Of a DNA stretch of 64,000 bases, positions 24,240 through 35,864 are shown one piece after another. A program made the translations under genes and the position numbers. Below the pieces are notes generated by a model. That model ran no database searches. It was not told the origin of the DNA and saw only the letters and a program-made list of their open reading frames with translations. Position 1 is the stretch's first letter. Each line of letters opens with the position of its first letter. Source of the DNA: Octopus vulgaris (lineage: Eukaryota); assembly GCA_951406725.2 (NCBI GenBank), contig OX597841.1, forward strand, positions 22,878,001 to 22,942,000, in the 5' to 3' direction.

Positions 24240-24617
24240 ACATGTTGGGGCAAGCGAAATCGAATTGAACCAGCCAGGATCCCTGGTCTGGTGGTACGTA
24301 AAAAGCACTATCCGACTCATGGCCGATCATGCCGATGCCAGCGCCGCCTCGACTGGCTTCTGTGCCGGTGGCACATAAAATACACCAATCCGACCGTGAC
24401 CATTGCCAGCCTCGCCTGGCACCTGTGCAGGTGGCACGTAAAAAGCACCCACTACACTCACGGAGTGGTTGGCGTTAGGAAGGGCATCCAGCTGTAGAAA
24501 CATTGCCAGATAAGACTGGAGCCTGGTGCAGCTTTCTGGCTTCCCAGATCCCCGGTCGAACCGTCCAACCCATGCTAGCATGGAGAACGGACGTTAAACG
24601 ATGATGATGATGATGAT
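24240..24617 (+). mobile_element. Retroposon family D with internal GGTGGCACGTAAAAAGCAC repeats
   Basis: Internal repeats and a (GAT)n tail; similar to 25817-26155 and 42134-42425. Confidence 0.7.
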
Positions 24618-24984
24618 GGTCAAAAGATACTCTCACTCTTTAAATCACAATAAGTGCATTGTTTATTGACAATGATTAATGGTTAAACACAAACTGGTAA
24701 ATGCATTTTTATTAATTTTTTAACTGATGACCATCACTCTCCAAACACATTTGATACCTGTGGGATGACGTCAGCAGCTGGGTGCGTTGACCGGAAGTTG
24801 GGGCAACCGGAAGGGGCAGCCGTGAGGCGTGCGCAGGGAGCGGGGTTTTCAGCTTTTCCAATGATGGTCGTCGAGGTGTTAAGACGTGTGAAGACGTTGC
24901 TAAGGTTGGGTGAAGCAGCTGCTATCTTTAGCGTTCGGGTCGGGGCTGTGACGAAGGATCCGTTACCACTGAAGGGTCTCTGGA

Positions 24985-25370
24985 CTGGAAGCACTCCGTT
25001 GGTTACAACAATGAGGGTTCCGGTTGATCCGAATCAACGGAACAGCCTGCTCGTGAAATTAACGTGTAAGTGGCTGAGCACTCCACAGACACGTGTACCC
25101 TTAACGTAGTTCTTGGGGATATTCAGCGTGACACAGGGAGCGACAAGGCCGGCCCCTTGAAATACAGGTACAACAGAAACAGGAAGTAAGAGTGAGAGAA
25201 AGTTGTGGTGAAAGAGTACAGCAGGGATCACCACCATCCCCTGCCGGAGCCTCGTGGAGCTTTTAGGTATTTTCGCTCAATAAACACTCGCAACGCCCGG
25301 TCTGGGAATCGAAACCGCGATCCTATGACCGCGAGTCCGCTGCCCGAACCACTGGGCCATTGCACCTCCA
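24985..25370 (-). mobile_element. SINE family B with TSD
   Basis: ACTGAAGGGTCTCT occurs on both flanks; near-identical to 4606-4988. Confidence 0.85.
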
Positions 25371-25816
25371 CTGAAGGGTCTCTATCAGAGCGAAGAGAAG
25401 GTAGGTGCCTTTATATATCGACTATCTCGCAATGGTGTTCCATACTAACATGCAGATTTTCTGGAGCTCAGTAGTTGCAATTGTGACGGTTTATTGAGCC
25501 ATTTAACTTAAAACTGTCCTTTCATTTGCCCAAGGAGCACTCACAAAACTCAACTCTCTGTTCAGGATCGTCTTCATTTAGAGCACAGATTAATATTGGA
25601 GTGTAACAGTCCAACCAACTCACTTTAAAATGCGATGGGCTCTTGATTTTAGGATTCCCATCTCATGAGCCATTTGTCAGACAGATTTCTGTGGGGATTG
25701 CCAGAGGGTCTCCAGCAATGGTTCTTCCTTTGTGGGGCTAGTTGATGACTGTGGATTTCGTGAATGTTCCTTATCGACATTATGCACAGCTCCATCTGAT
25801 TCAAACTTATATCCAT

Positions 25817-26155
25817 TCGTGGCCGTTTGCCAGCCTCGCCTGGCCCCCGTACCGGTGGCACGTAAAAAGCACCATCCGTCCGTGGCCGTTTGCCAGCCTT
25901 GCCTGGCCCCCGTGCCGGTGGCACGTAAAAAGCACCATCGTGGCCGTTTGCCATCTCCGTCTGGCACCTGTGCGGGTGGCATGTAAAAAGCACCCACTAC
26001 ACTCACGGAGTGGTTGGCGTTAGGAAGGGCATCCAGCCGTAGAAACACTGCCAGATCAGACTGGAGCCTGGTGCAGCCTTCTGGCTTCCCAGACCCCAGT
26101 TGAACCGTCCAACCCATGCTAGCATGGAAAGCGGACGCTAAATGATGATGATGGT
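25817..26155 (+). mobile_element. Retroposon family D
   Basis: Three GTGGCCGTTTGCCA repeats followed by the shared 3' tail. Confidence 0.75.
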
Positions 26156-26829
26156 GCATTGTATTGGTGGATTTTAGTGAAGCTGTCCTCTAGATTGTCT
26201 TTTGCACTTCCATGATATTTTCATGCTTCCAATAGCACTTTGATAAATTTTCTTACTTCAAGACTTGGTCAAATTGATCTGAAAAGAATTGAAAAAATTC
26301 AGTGAGTTATGAGGAGTCAAACTTTGAGTTCCTTTTTGGGAAAACCCAGTATGTGTACAATGCCACCATATTTCATTTTTCATATTAAATTTCAGTAGAA
26401 TCGTAATCTGCACACGGAAGACACCTGTAGAAAGTTACATAAAAAGCAAAACAGCCATTTTTTCTTATGGCAGTAATTGTATTCACCTCAACAGACGTCA
26501 TTGATTGGTTGAAATTGCCAAAATACGAGAAATTAAAGAAGAAATAGCTTACAAACTACAGAATTTTCTCAAGAACGCCAAGAGAAAAAGATGTTTTATG
26601 TGACACATTCTACCAGTATACGAAGTTTAAAAGTGTTTAGTTACGTGGAAATTATTTTAGAAATCTGCCAGTCAAAGTGAAAAGATCCATTGACCTTATA
26701 CATATAATCAGTTAATCCCATTTACAGATTGTGTATTCTACACCTATCCACCACTACAGATTTATAGCTTCAAGTTTATAGTGTGTGTGTGCTTGCATAT
26801 ACACACATACATACATACACACATGCGTA

Positions 26830-27241
26830 CTCTTTACTCTTTTACTTGTTTCAGTCATTTGACTGCGGCCATGCTGGAGCGCCGCCTTTAGTCGAGGAAA
26901 TCAACCCTGGGACTTATTCTTTGTAAGCCCAGTACTTATTCTATCGATCTCTTTTGCCGAACCGCTAAGTGACGGGGACGTAAACACACCAGCATCAGTT
27001 GTCAAGCAATGCTAGGGGGGCGCAAACACAGACACACAAACATATACACACACACTTATATATATATATACATATATACGACAGGCTTCTTTCAGTTTCC
27101 GTCTACCAAATCCACTCACAAGGCATTGGTCGGCCCGGGGCTTTAGCAGAAGACACTTGCCCAAGATGTCACGCAGTGGGACTGAACCCAGAACCATGTG
27201 GTTGGTTAGCAAGCTACTTACCACACAGCCACTCCTGCGCC
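26830..27241 (-). mobile_element. SINE family A
   Basis: Matches 2708-3091. Confidence 0.8.
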
Positions 27242-27349
27242 TGTACGTATGTACATGCATGCATACATGCGTGCATACATACATACACACACACATACAT
27301 ACATATATATAATGAACTAACTGTTACTTTCTCAGATGCCGCACGGATT

Positions 27350-27400
27350 TTTGTCAGTGAACAGGTCGCGGTCTTAAAGCGACGAAAATATTTTGACAAA
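27350..27400 (+). ncRNA. Hammerhead-like motif with a G3-C8 variant core
   Basis: TTTGTCA-GTGAACA-G-GTCGC[9 nt]GCGAC-GAAA-ATAT-TT-TGACAAA. Confidence 0.55.
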
Positions 27401-27599
27401 TTAAATTTAAATGTTGAAGTGAATCGAACGGCTTTTGTGTGTTTCTCGTGGAGCTTTTAGGTGTTTTCGCTCAATAAAAACACTCACAACGCCCGGTCTG
27501 GGAATCGAAACCGCGAGTCCACTGCCCGAACCACTGGGCCATTGCGCCTCCACGAGACAACTAGATATGCTCCTTTATGAATACGAAGACATCATCTCT

Positions 27600-27735
27600 A
27601 CGCATGCGTCGTCCTACAAATGATTTTTCGCATCCATTTTCAACCTGGGGCGGTTTTTCTTCTCCTTGTCCTGTTCGTGTTGTTTTTCCATTTCCTCAAA
27701 GCAGTGTTTATCCTTTACAAAGCGTTTCCGTAAGT
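27600..27735 (+). promoter_or_regulatory. Putative promoter and exon 1 of ZNF-D
   Basis: ACGCATGCGT at 27600; GTAAGT donor at 27730. Confidence 0.6.
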
Positions 27736-28148
27736 ATTCGATAATGAAACTATTATATCTGTTAATATTGTATGTTTTCTTCGGCACTGACTGGACTCCC
27801 TAACATGCCCCCCCCCACTTCGACAAAACGTAATTGAATGGTGCTCGTCAGACATCGATATTAATTCTGTTCTCCACCACATTTACTGAAATCAGTGATA
27901 AGACAGATTTCAGGAATAACAACACAAATCAACAAGCTTCGGCACAACTTAAATACATTATTATTAAGGTCGCAAGCTGCCAGAACCGTCAGCACGTCGG
28001 GCAAAATGTTCATCTGGGGTTGATAAAATGAGCACCGGTCAAGTGCTGGGGTCGATGATAACTGTTCTTAAGTAGTAGTACCCTGTTGTCTTCTACAGAA
28101 CCCTTTAGCATTGAGATTATTACTCTGCACACGTAAGCGAAAGCAATG

Positions 28149-28575
28149 GGCAATCTTTCGTCTCTAGTAGACCTTTCCGTCGATTTCCGTAAAAAATAAA
28201 TTTTTTTTTACATATGGGCTTGCGGGAACTTTTGAAGTAATGAGAGCGAAAGAGACTAAGAGAAAGCGATTGTATGACGAGGGAAGTTCTTTTGAAGTTA
28301 CCGTCCAGGGGAAGCATTGATGTACATGTGTGTGTGTGTGTTTGATGGGGTATGGGAGACAGACAGTATGTTGTGTAAGTGAAGTGCTTCTGTTAGTGTG
28401 TGTGAAGAGACAGAGTAATGTGTGAAAGAGAGAGATAACTGAAACTTTCGTCATACTCGGTGTATGTGTATATGTATGCTATATTACTTCAAAAGTTCCC
28501 GCAAGCCCATATGTAAAAAAAAAAATTTTTTTTACGGAAATCGACGGAAAGGTCTACTAGAGACGAAAGATAGCC
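28149..28575. mobile_element. MITE of the 13910-14336 family, opposite orientation
   Basis: Same TIRs with the internal part inverted; absent at the homologous site near 20645. Confidence 0.85.
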
Positions 28576-29257
28576 AATTATTGTAATCACTCGTCTTTGT
28601 GTGTTTGCAAAATTACTGGAAAACGATTGAACTGATTTTCACCAAATTTGGTAGATCTATGCATTGGGTGAGTGGCTCAAAATGATGAAACTTTGGTTTG
28701 ATTATCTTCAAACATACATAAGATATGCGACTTTGTGTATAGGAATGGATTCGAGGGTTTCGTTTATTTACGAGTTAACTTCTTAATTTCGCCAGAGTAT
28801 AAATACTTATAATAGTGATACATAAAACCAAAATATTTTGGTTAATGCTGACATTACCCAGAAAGGAAATCGAAAAGCAAATAGTGCAGTGAGTGTAAAA
28901 ATAAAATATAAGAATATGGAAACAAAAAAGTCCGGAAAGCAACGGGGAGTGAAAATTGATGAGATCCGATGTCCGGCTAAAAATGGAATAGAGGCATCAT
29001 GATTGCCATAGAAACGGAGTAAGGCATTATATAGACTTACATTGCATGAGCTGCAAACATCCATGCTTTTGTATCAAGTCTTCAAATTCGAGGGTGGAAA
29101 TGAAAAGCGAATAAATATTAGTGGGAATCATGATTCTTTCACTTGTAGTTTGGTATTTGTAGGGCAGCCTTTGCTTTTGTAAATTCACTGAACCAGCATT
29201 TAATACTGACTTTCCTATCATTTGTGTGGAAAACTGCAAATATGGCATATAACTCTT

Positions 29258-29643
29258 CTTACTCTTTTACTTGTTTCAGTCATTTGACTGCGGCCATGCT
29301 GGAGCACCGCCTTTAGTCGACCAAATCGACCCCGGGACTTATTCTTTGTAAGCCCGGTACTTATTCTATCGGTCTCTTTTGCCGAACCGCTAAGTGACGG
29401 GGACGTAAACACACCAGCATCGGTTGTCAAGCAATGCTAGGGGGACAAACACACAAACACATACATATATATATATATACATATATACGACAGGCTTCTT
29501 TCAGTTTCCATCTACCAAATCCACTCACAAGGCTTTGGTCGGCCCGAGGCTATAGCAGAAGACACTTGCCCAAGATGCCACGCAGTGGGACTGAACCCGG
29601 AACCATGTGGTTGGTTAGCAAGCTACTTACCACACAGCCACTC
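29258..29643 (-). mobile_element. SINE family A
   Basis: Matches the other family A copies; absent at the homologous site near 36660. Confidence 0.8.
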
Positions 29644-30245
29644 AACTTATTTTCATAGAATTTTTATTAATACCTTCCTGTAAATGTTTTTCTTGCGCAC
29701 ACCTTCACCCAACGCACACCTGCACGCAGGTACACATGAATGAAGGCTAACAAATTTGTAAGACACATTATTATTTGTAAAAAAAAATTATCTGCACGCG
29801 GGGTATGAGTCACCCCGCCAATGGCTTTCTTTTTCATTTTATCAAATTTAAATCTTATTTATTCATAGTAGTTTTGAATTAATCATGAATTATCTCATAG
29901 GTAGAATTTTTGATGATGTGATTGTTAATTTTTTGGATAACGTTGTAGGGTAGGTGTGAGAGGCTGGACCTGGCTGGTTTGAATATAAACTAGTAGAACA
30001 TATTTGCACCTCTTTAAATGCTATATGGTTAAATATTTTGTATATCTTATACAGTATATCTCACACTATTTTTTTTCATCTTATTTCAGATTAACATATA
30101 ATACTTAGGATTAAAGAATTCTTTACAGTGGTTACATCTTCATAATTTATCATCATTTCAAGACAGAAAGAAATTGTTTTACGGAAGTTATATAATCGTT
30201 TACATAAATTTGTGGATAATTTATTTTAATGAGAGGAGAAAAATT

Positions 30246-31097
30246 ATGGAAATTAAATTGTGTGAGAAGAAAGATGGATTTAAAGCAAAATCTAAAGCCA
30301 TTGATTATCCAGATGATATAAAGAAAAAGGAAGAAAAAGCACCTTATCACTGTGATATATGTGATAAATCATTCTCTGTCAAATGCCACCTCAATAAACA
30401 CAAACTTATTCATACAGGAGAGAGACCACATCGTTGCGATATCTGTGGTAAATCGTTTTCTAAAAGGCGTAATTTAATTATTCACATTCGCGTTCATACT
30501 GGAGAGAAACCGTATCATTGTGATATCTGTGATGAATCATTCTCTGCGGAACGGCGCTTCAATAAACACAAATGTTTTCATCCCGGAAGGAGACCACATC
30601 AGTGCGATATCTGTGGTAAATCATTCTCTCTCAGGTGTCATCTAACTATTCACATACGCATTCATACAGGAGAGAAACCGTATCACTGTGATGTCTGTGG
30701 CAAATCTTTCTCCGTCGGAAGCAGCTTGACTAAACACAAACGTATTCATACAGGAGAGAAACCATTCCACTGTGATGTCTGCGGTAAATCATTCTCTGGC
30801 AGTAGTGACTTAACTCAACATAAACGCTTTCATACAGGGGATAAACCGTATCAATGTGATATCTGTAGTAAATCATTCTCGCAAAGTGCACACCTAACTG
30901 TACACAGACGTATTCACACAGGAGAAAAGCCATATCAGTGTGATATCTGTGGTAAATCATTCTCTGAAAGTAGTCCGTTAACTCAACATAAACGTGTTCA
31001 TACAGGAGAGAAACCATATCACTGTGATATCTGTGACAAATCCTTCACTGCAATACGTAGCTTAACTAAGCATAGAGATAGTCACACAGGGGACTGA
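30246..31097 (+). CDS. C2H2 zinc-finger protein, 9 fingers (ZNF-D, paralog 3)
   Basis: ATG at 30246 (the track start at 30174 is TTG); acceptor TCTTATTTCAG at ~30089. Confidence 0.9.
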   Translation: MEIKLCEKKDGFKAKSKAIDYPDDIKKKEEKAPYHCDICDKSFSVKCHLNKHKLIHTGERPHRCDICGKSFSKRRNLIIHIRVHTGEKPYHCDICDESFSAERRFNKHKCFHPGRRPHQCDICGKSFSLRCHLTIHIRIHTGEKPYHCDVCGKSFSVGSSLTKHKRIHTGEKPFHCDVCGKSFSGSSDLTQHKRFHTGDKPYQCDICSKSFSQSAHLTVHRRIHTGEKPYQCDICGKSFSESSPLTQHKRVHTGEKPYHCDICDKSFTAIRSLTKHRDSHTGD

Positions 31098-31152
31098 CCA
31101 TATTTGTGTGATATCTGTGGTAAATCTTTCTCTGAAAGTTATCTATTAACTC

Positions 31153-31335
31153 TGGGCTTTCTCCGTCCGGGTTGCAGATCTGTGGAATAAGCTGCCGGAC
31201 GAGATAGTGAAGATGCCGACGACCGCTCGGTTCAAATTCTCTCTTGACCAGAAATGGCCTGAACTCTTTGCATGAACACACTCCCTGTACATAACTCTAT
31301 GGCCTTGCTTTTTGAGCTAAAAAATTAACTTAACT
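31153..31335 (+). mobile_element. CR1-like LINE 3' tip in the ZNF-D 3' region
   Basis: Reverse complement of the 2092-2290 LINE end, with a TAACT tail. Confidence 0.8.
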
Positions 31336-31789
31336 ATGTTCATACAGGATAGAAACCCTCTCACTTTAATGTCTGTAATAAACTAGTCATCCTGACATCC
31401 AGTATGGTGGGTGTGGAGTGAAGAGGAGAAAATTATCAATAGGAAATTCGTATTTTTTTTTCTCATAGGGTGACAGTGTATGGAATGTGTCTTTGGGATC
31501 TGGAAAGGAAGGCTAAGTCTATGAAAAGGTATCGTACTTCTTCTGCAAGTCCTAGCCAGCAATCACTACATAGAGTCATGGTGATTTTTTTTTTTTCATA
31601 ATAAAGGCATCCTTTTCCTCAGTTTTCTGGAACATGGCTGTAGAATGATATGCAATTGAGACATTGAAAAAACTTAGAGAAAGCATTTAGAAGGAAGAAT
31701 CTGAAAACTATCCACATTCATCAAAACAATCCATGACCACCTACATTTGACTATGCTTGGTCCACTGCAAGATAGGGTCCTACAGCATG

Positions 31790-32180
31790 AAATAATAAAA
31801 ATAATGAAATTATTGTATACAGTGCTCTGGTGCACCACAACTTGTCAGAAAGTGCGTATAGAGTATATGCAGTAATGTACAAATGTCTGGAGTGAACAGT
31901 GTAATGAGTCAGATACATGCTTGCGTGTGTATGGAGGGAAGAAGATCAGGTGTAGTGTTGGCGAATCTCAGGAAGCATGGAAGTTTTGAAGGATGCAGTG
32001 CTCCGACAACTAACAACTGATGCCGGCAGTTTGTTCCATGCTTCAGCAACTCTCAGCATGAAAAAATGTTTCCTAAAGTCATGGGAGCTGTGCTGTTTTC
32101 TGACTTTGTAAAAATGTCCACGGGTGTTAGACAGGTGGAGTTTGAAAAGGTGCTCAGAGTTATTGTTTGTAAGATGGTCA
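31790..32180 (-). mobile_element. CR1-like LINE 3' end, second family
   Basis: Minus strand reads NTRGH.YKVRKQH...FFMLRVAEAWNKLPASVV; same family as 37170-38035. Confidence 0.8.
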
Positions 32181-32677
32181 CTGAATCTCTGAAATGTAAT
32201 GGGAAAATAGGTCAGTTTCAAAATATTGATGTCCAGGTTACAAAACCATAAGCTTGAAGGGAATATTAAACATTTCCTTTGGTTTCTATGTAGAAACAAA
32301 TAGGAAATAAGCCTTACTGACCAAAGACAAATAGTGAAAAAATGTTTCCTAAAGTCATGGGAGCTGTGCTGTTTTCTGACTTTCTCCACCACCGACTGTG
32401 ATGTGAAGGCCATAAGTTTGAACTTGAGATTATAATGGTTATAATGAGCCTGTTCCACTATATTTTCTCAACATGGCTTGGCAAAAGGATGCTGTTTTTA
32501 TACTCATACCCAGCAGCAGGAAACTGAATTAATCGATCCCAGCATCCAACACACATCTTTGTCATGAAATCAGGCAATTGGCAAATTTCCCTCAACCACT
32601 GTGCAGCATGGATCTGATGCCTTCTAACTTCCACCTCTTCAGTACAAGGAAGAACAGTCTTCATCATTATTCATCAT

Positions 32678-32907
32678 TTAACCCTTTAGTGTTCGCATTA
32701 TTCTGCCAAAGTTAATGCTTTTTTCATCCACATTGTTTTGAACTAATCATGCATTATCTTGTAGCTATGAGATTTTGATGAAGTAGCTGTCAATTTTTAA
32801 AACGATATTGTAGGGTTGGTGTGAGAGACCAGATCTGGCCAGTTTGAACATAAAACAAGCAGAATACTTTTGGCCGGATATGGCCAGTTTAAATGCTAAA
32901 GGGTTAA
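32678..32907. mobile_element. piggyBac-type MITE
   Basis: TTAA-CCCTTTAG...CTAAAGGG-TTAA termini. Confidence 0.7.
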
Positions 32908-33140
32908 TGTTTGTTTTCCATGTTGGCATGAGTTGGATGATTTGACCAGATCTGACCAGCTGGTTTGGTTTGTATGGTTGGATGTCCTTCTTTAATGCCA
33001 ACCATTTTACAGAGTGTGCTGGTTATTTTTTTTGCATTGTAGCGGCATAGGTGCTCAACACGTGGCCCATCATGGGTGTCTTGCATGCAGCCCTAGCATG
33101 AGTGCATCGTATATGGTGCCGGCATTACATAGAACAAATA

Positions 33141-33557
33141 AGGTGGCGAGCTGGCAGAAACGTTAGCACGCCAGGCGAAATGCATAGCTGTATTTCGTCT
33201 GCTGTTACGTTCTGAGTTCAAATTCCGCCGAGGTCGACTTTGCCTTTCATCCTCTCGGGGTCGATAAATTAAGTACCAGTTACGCACTGGGTTCGATATA
33301 ACTGACTTAATCCGTTTGTCTGTCCTTGTTTGTCCCCTCTGTGTTTAGCCCCTTGAGGGTAGTAAAGAAGTGGGTATTTCGCCTGCCGCTACATTCTGAG
33401 TTCAAATTCCGCCGAGGTCGACTTTGCCTTTCATCCTCTCGGGGTCGATAAATTAAGTACCAGTTACGCACTGGGTTCGATATAACCGACTTAATCCGTT
33501 TCTCTGTCCTTGTTTGTCCTCTCTGTGTTTAGCCCCTTGTGGGTAGTAAAGAAATAG
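33141..33557 (+). mobile_element. SINE family C dimer
   Basis: Head GGTGGCGAGCTGGCAGAAACGTTAGC followed by two units. Confidence 0.8.
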
Positions 33558-35207
33558 GCATTAGTGCTTTTTACACAGCACTAGCATGGGTCTTTCTATG
33601 TGGTACTGCCACGGGACTCTTGCATGGCAAAACCCCTTGGGAATACCTGTTTCATGTCACAGAGGTGATAATTGTTGGGATGAAGATGGTACAGCAGTGC
33701 ACCCCTGTATTTTTTTTACCAAAGAAAATCAAGAGTTAAATTGAAAGATTGTGTAAATGCTGCCCTTGTAATGGAAACAATGTTGAATAAGTCCCTTTGG
33801 ATGAAGGAATAACACTCTTCCTGCAGGTAGAATTTGAAAGATCTATATCATCATCGTTTAACGTCCGTTTTCCGCGCTAGCACGGGTTGGACGGTTCGAC
33901 CGGGGTCTGGGAAGCCAGGGGCTGCTCCAGGCTCCAGTCTGATCTGGCAGAGTTTCTACAGCTGGATGCCCTTCCTAACGCCAACCACTCCGCGAGTGTA
34001 GTGGGTGCTTTTTACATGCCACCTGCACAGGTGCCAGGGGGGGTCCGGCATCGGTCACAATCGGTTATTAAAAAAGTTATGCTCTCTTTTATAATGGTTT
34101 CAGGAACAACTCCCCACCACCATATTCACAAGCTCAAAATTATATATACAGGGGCTTGACCAGCCACTACAAGTTTCTACTGGTCACTATTGAAATCTCA
34201 CATTTTCTCAGACACTACACTACTGTTTTCCTCTACAAAATTGAAATAATGGCAGACCGTCTGAAAAGCAAGCCTTGTGAAGTCCAGTGGCTGCTGCAGT
34301 GTTTGCCACTGAGCATTTTCCATGGCAATTCTATCTTGTTTGTAGCCACATGGAAAGGTTGAGCACATCACTTTTTCTGGGGTGTGTGACCATTGCTCCT
34401 CCCCTTCCATCTAGTTCTGTTTCATAGCATGCCAAACACTTTCTCTTTCATTTTCTGTTTCATTTTTCCTTGTAATTAAAATGTGATAAATAAAATTGTT
34501 TCAAGTGTGAGCATGACGGAAACTGTAATATAATTTTCAAGATGTAGCAAATAAAAAATTGAATATCTCACAGTTGTTCGAAAATGTTGTTCATTTCGTT
34601 TCTTCAAATGTGAACCATTCGGAAAAGTGCTTGAGAATATTCTCAAAACATTCCTTTCCATATTTACCATACTTAAGAAGAGTGGTCCCGGTGTGCGCAC
34701 TCGCGCAAGCTAGTCGTGACTAGTCGATCCTTACTTTGTGTTTTTGCTTTATTTACTTTGCCTTTCATCCTTTCGGGGTCAATAAATTAAGTGCCAATTA
34801 CGCACTGGGGTCAATGTAATCGACTTAATACCTATGTCTGTCCCCTCTATGTTTAGCCCCTTGTGGGTAGTAAAGAAATAGGTACTACTAGCTAATACTG
34901 GTCCCGAAGTACCTAGGTACCGTAAGTGGCTTTATTTACATTTCTGAAGATAACAGAAACCCTTTTCTCCACTCCTAACCCTAACCCTAAGCCTCCATAT
35001 ATAGAAAATACTCTCTTGAAATGTTACACAAAGTAAATAAAGGCGCAGGAGTGGCTGTGTGGTAAGTAGCTTGCTAACCAACCACATGGTTCCGGGTTCA
35101 GTCCCACTGTGTGGCATCTTGGGCAAGTGCCTTGCGAGTGGATTTGGTAGACGGAAACTGAAAGAAGCCTGTCGTATATATGTATATATATCTTCTTAAG
35201 TAGTACC

Positions 35208-35695
35208 TATTTCTTTATTACCCACAAGGGGCTAAACATAGAGGGGGCAAACGGATTAAGTCGATTACATCGACGCCAGTGCGTAACTGGTACTTAATTT
35301 ATCGACCCCGAAAGGATGAAAGGCAAAGTCGACCTCGGCGGAATTTGAACTCACAAATACGGCTACGCATTTCGCCCGGCGTGCTAACGTTTCTGCCACC
35401 TCTACGTTACACATGTCGTACCCTGATTATCATCTGAACACTTGACTGCATTGTTTTACAGCGATCATGGGCGCAGACAAATAGACATGTTCGTACGTAG
35501 GAGGACGGATAGACCAAGACACAGATATATTTCTTTACTGCCCACAAGGGGCTAAATATAGAGGGGACAAACAAGGACAGACAAAGGGATTAAGTCGATT
35601 ACATCGACCCCAGTGGGAAGCTGGTACTTTAATTATCGACCCCGATAGGATGAAAGGCAAAGTCGACCTCGGCGGAATTTGAACTCAGAACGTAA
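35208..35695 (-). mobile_element. Two SINE family C copies
   Basis: Family C units at 35208-35398 and 35528-35695. Confidence 0.75.
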
Positions 35696-35738
35696 GCAAG
35701 AGATGCTCCTTTACAAAAACGAAACCGACATCACCTCT

Positions 35739-35864
35739 ACGCATGCGTCGTCAGAGAATGATTTCCGTCTTCGAACTCGGCTTCACTTTTTGTTGTATCC
35801 GAAGTTCTTCTCATCTCATTGCAGTCGTAGCAGTATTTATCCTTCGCTCAACATTTCTGTAAGT
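35739..35864 (+). promoter_or_regulatory. Putative promoter and exon 1 of ZNF-E
   Basis: ACGCATGCGT at 35739; GTAAGT donor at 35859. Confidence 0.6.
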
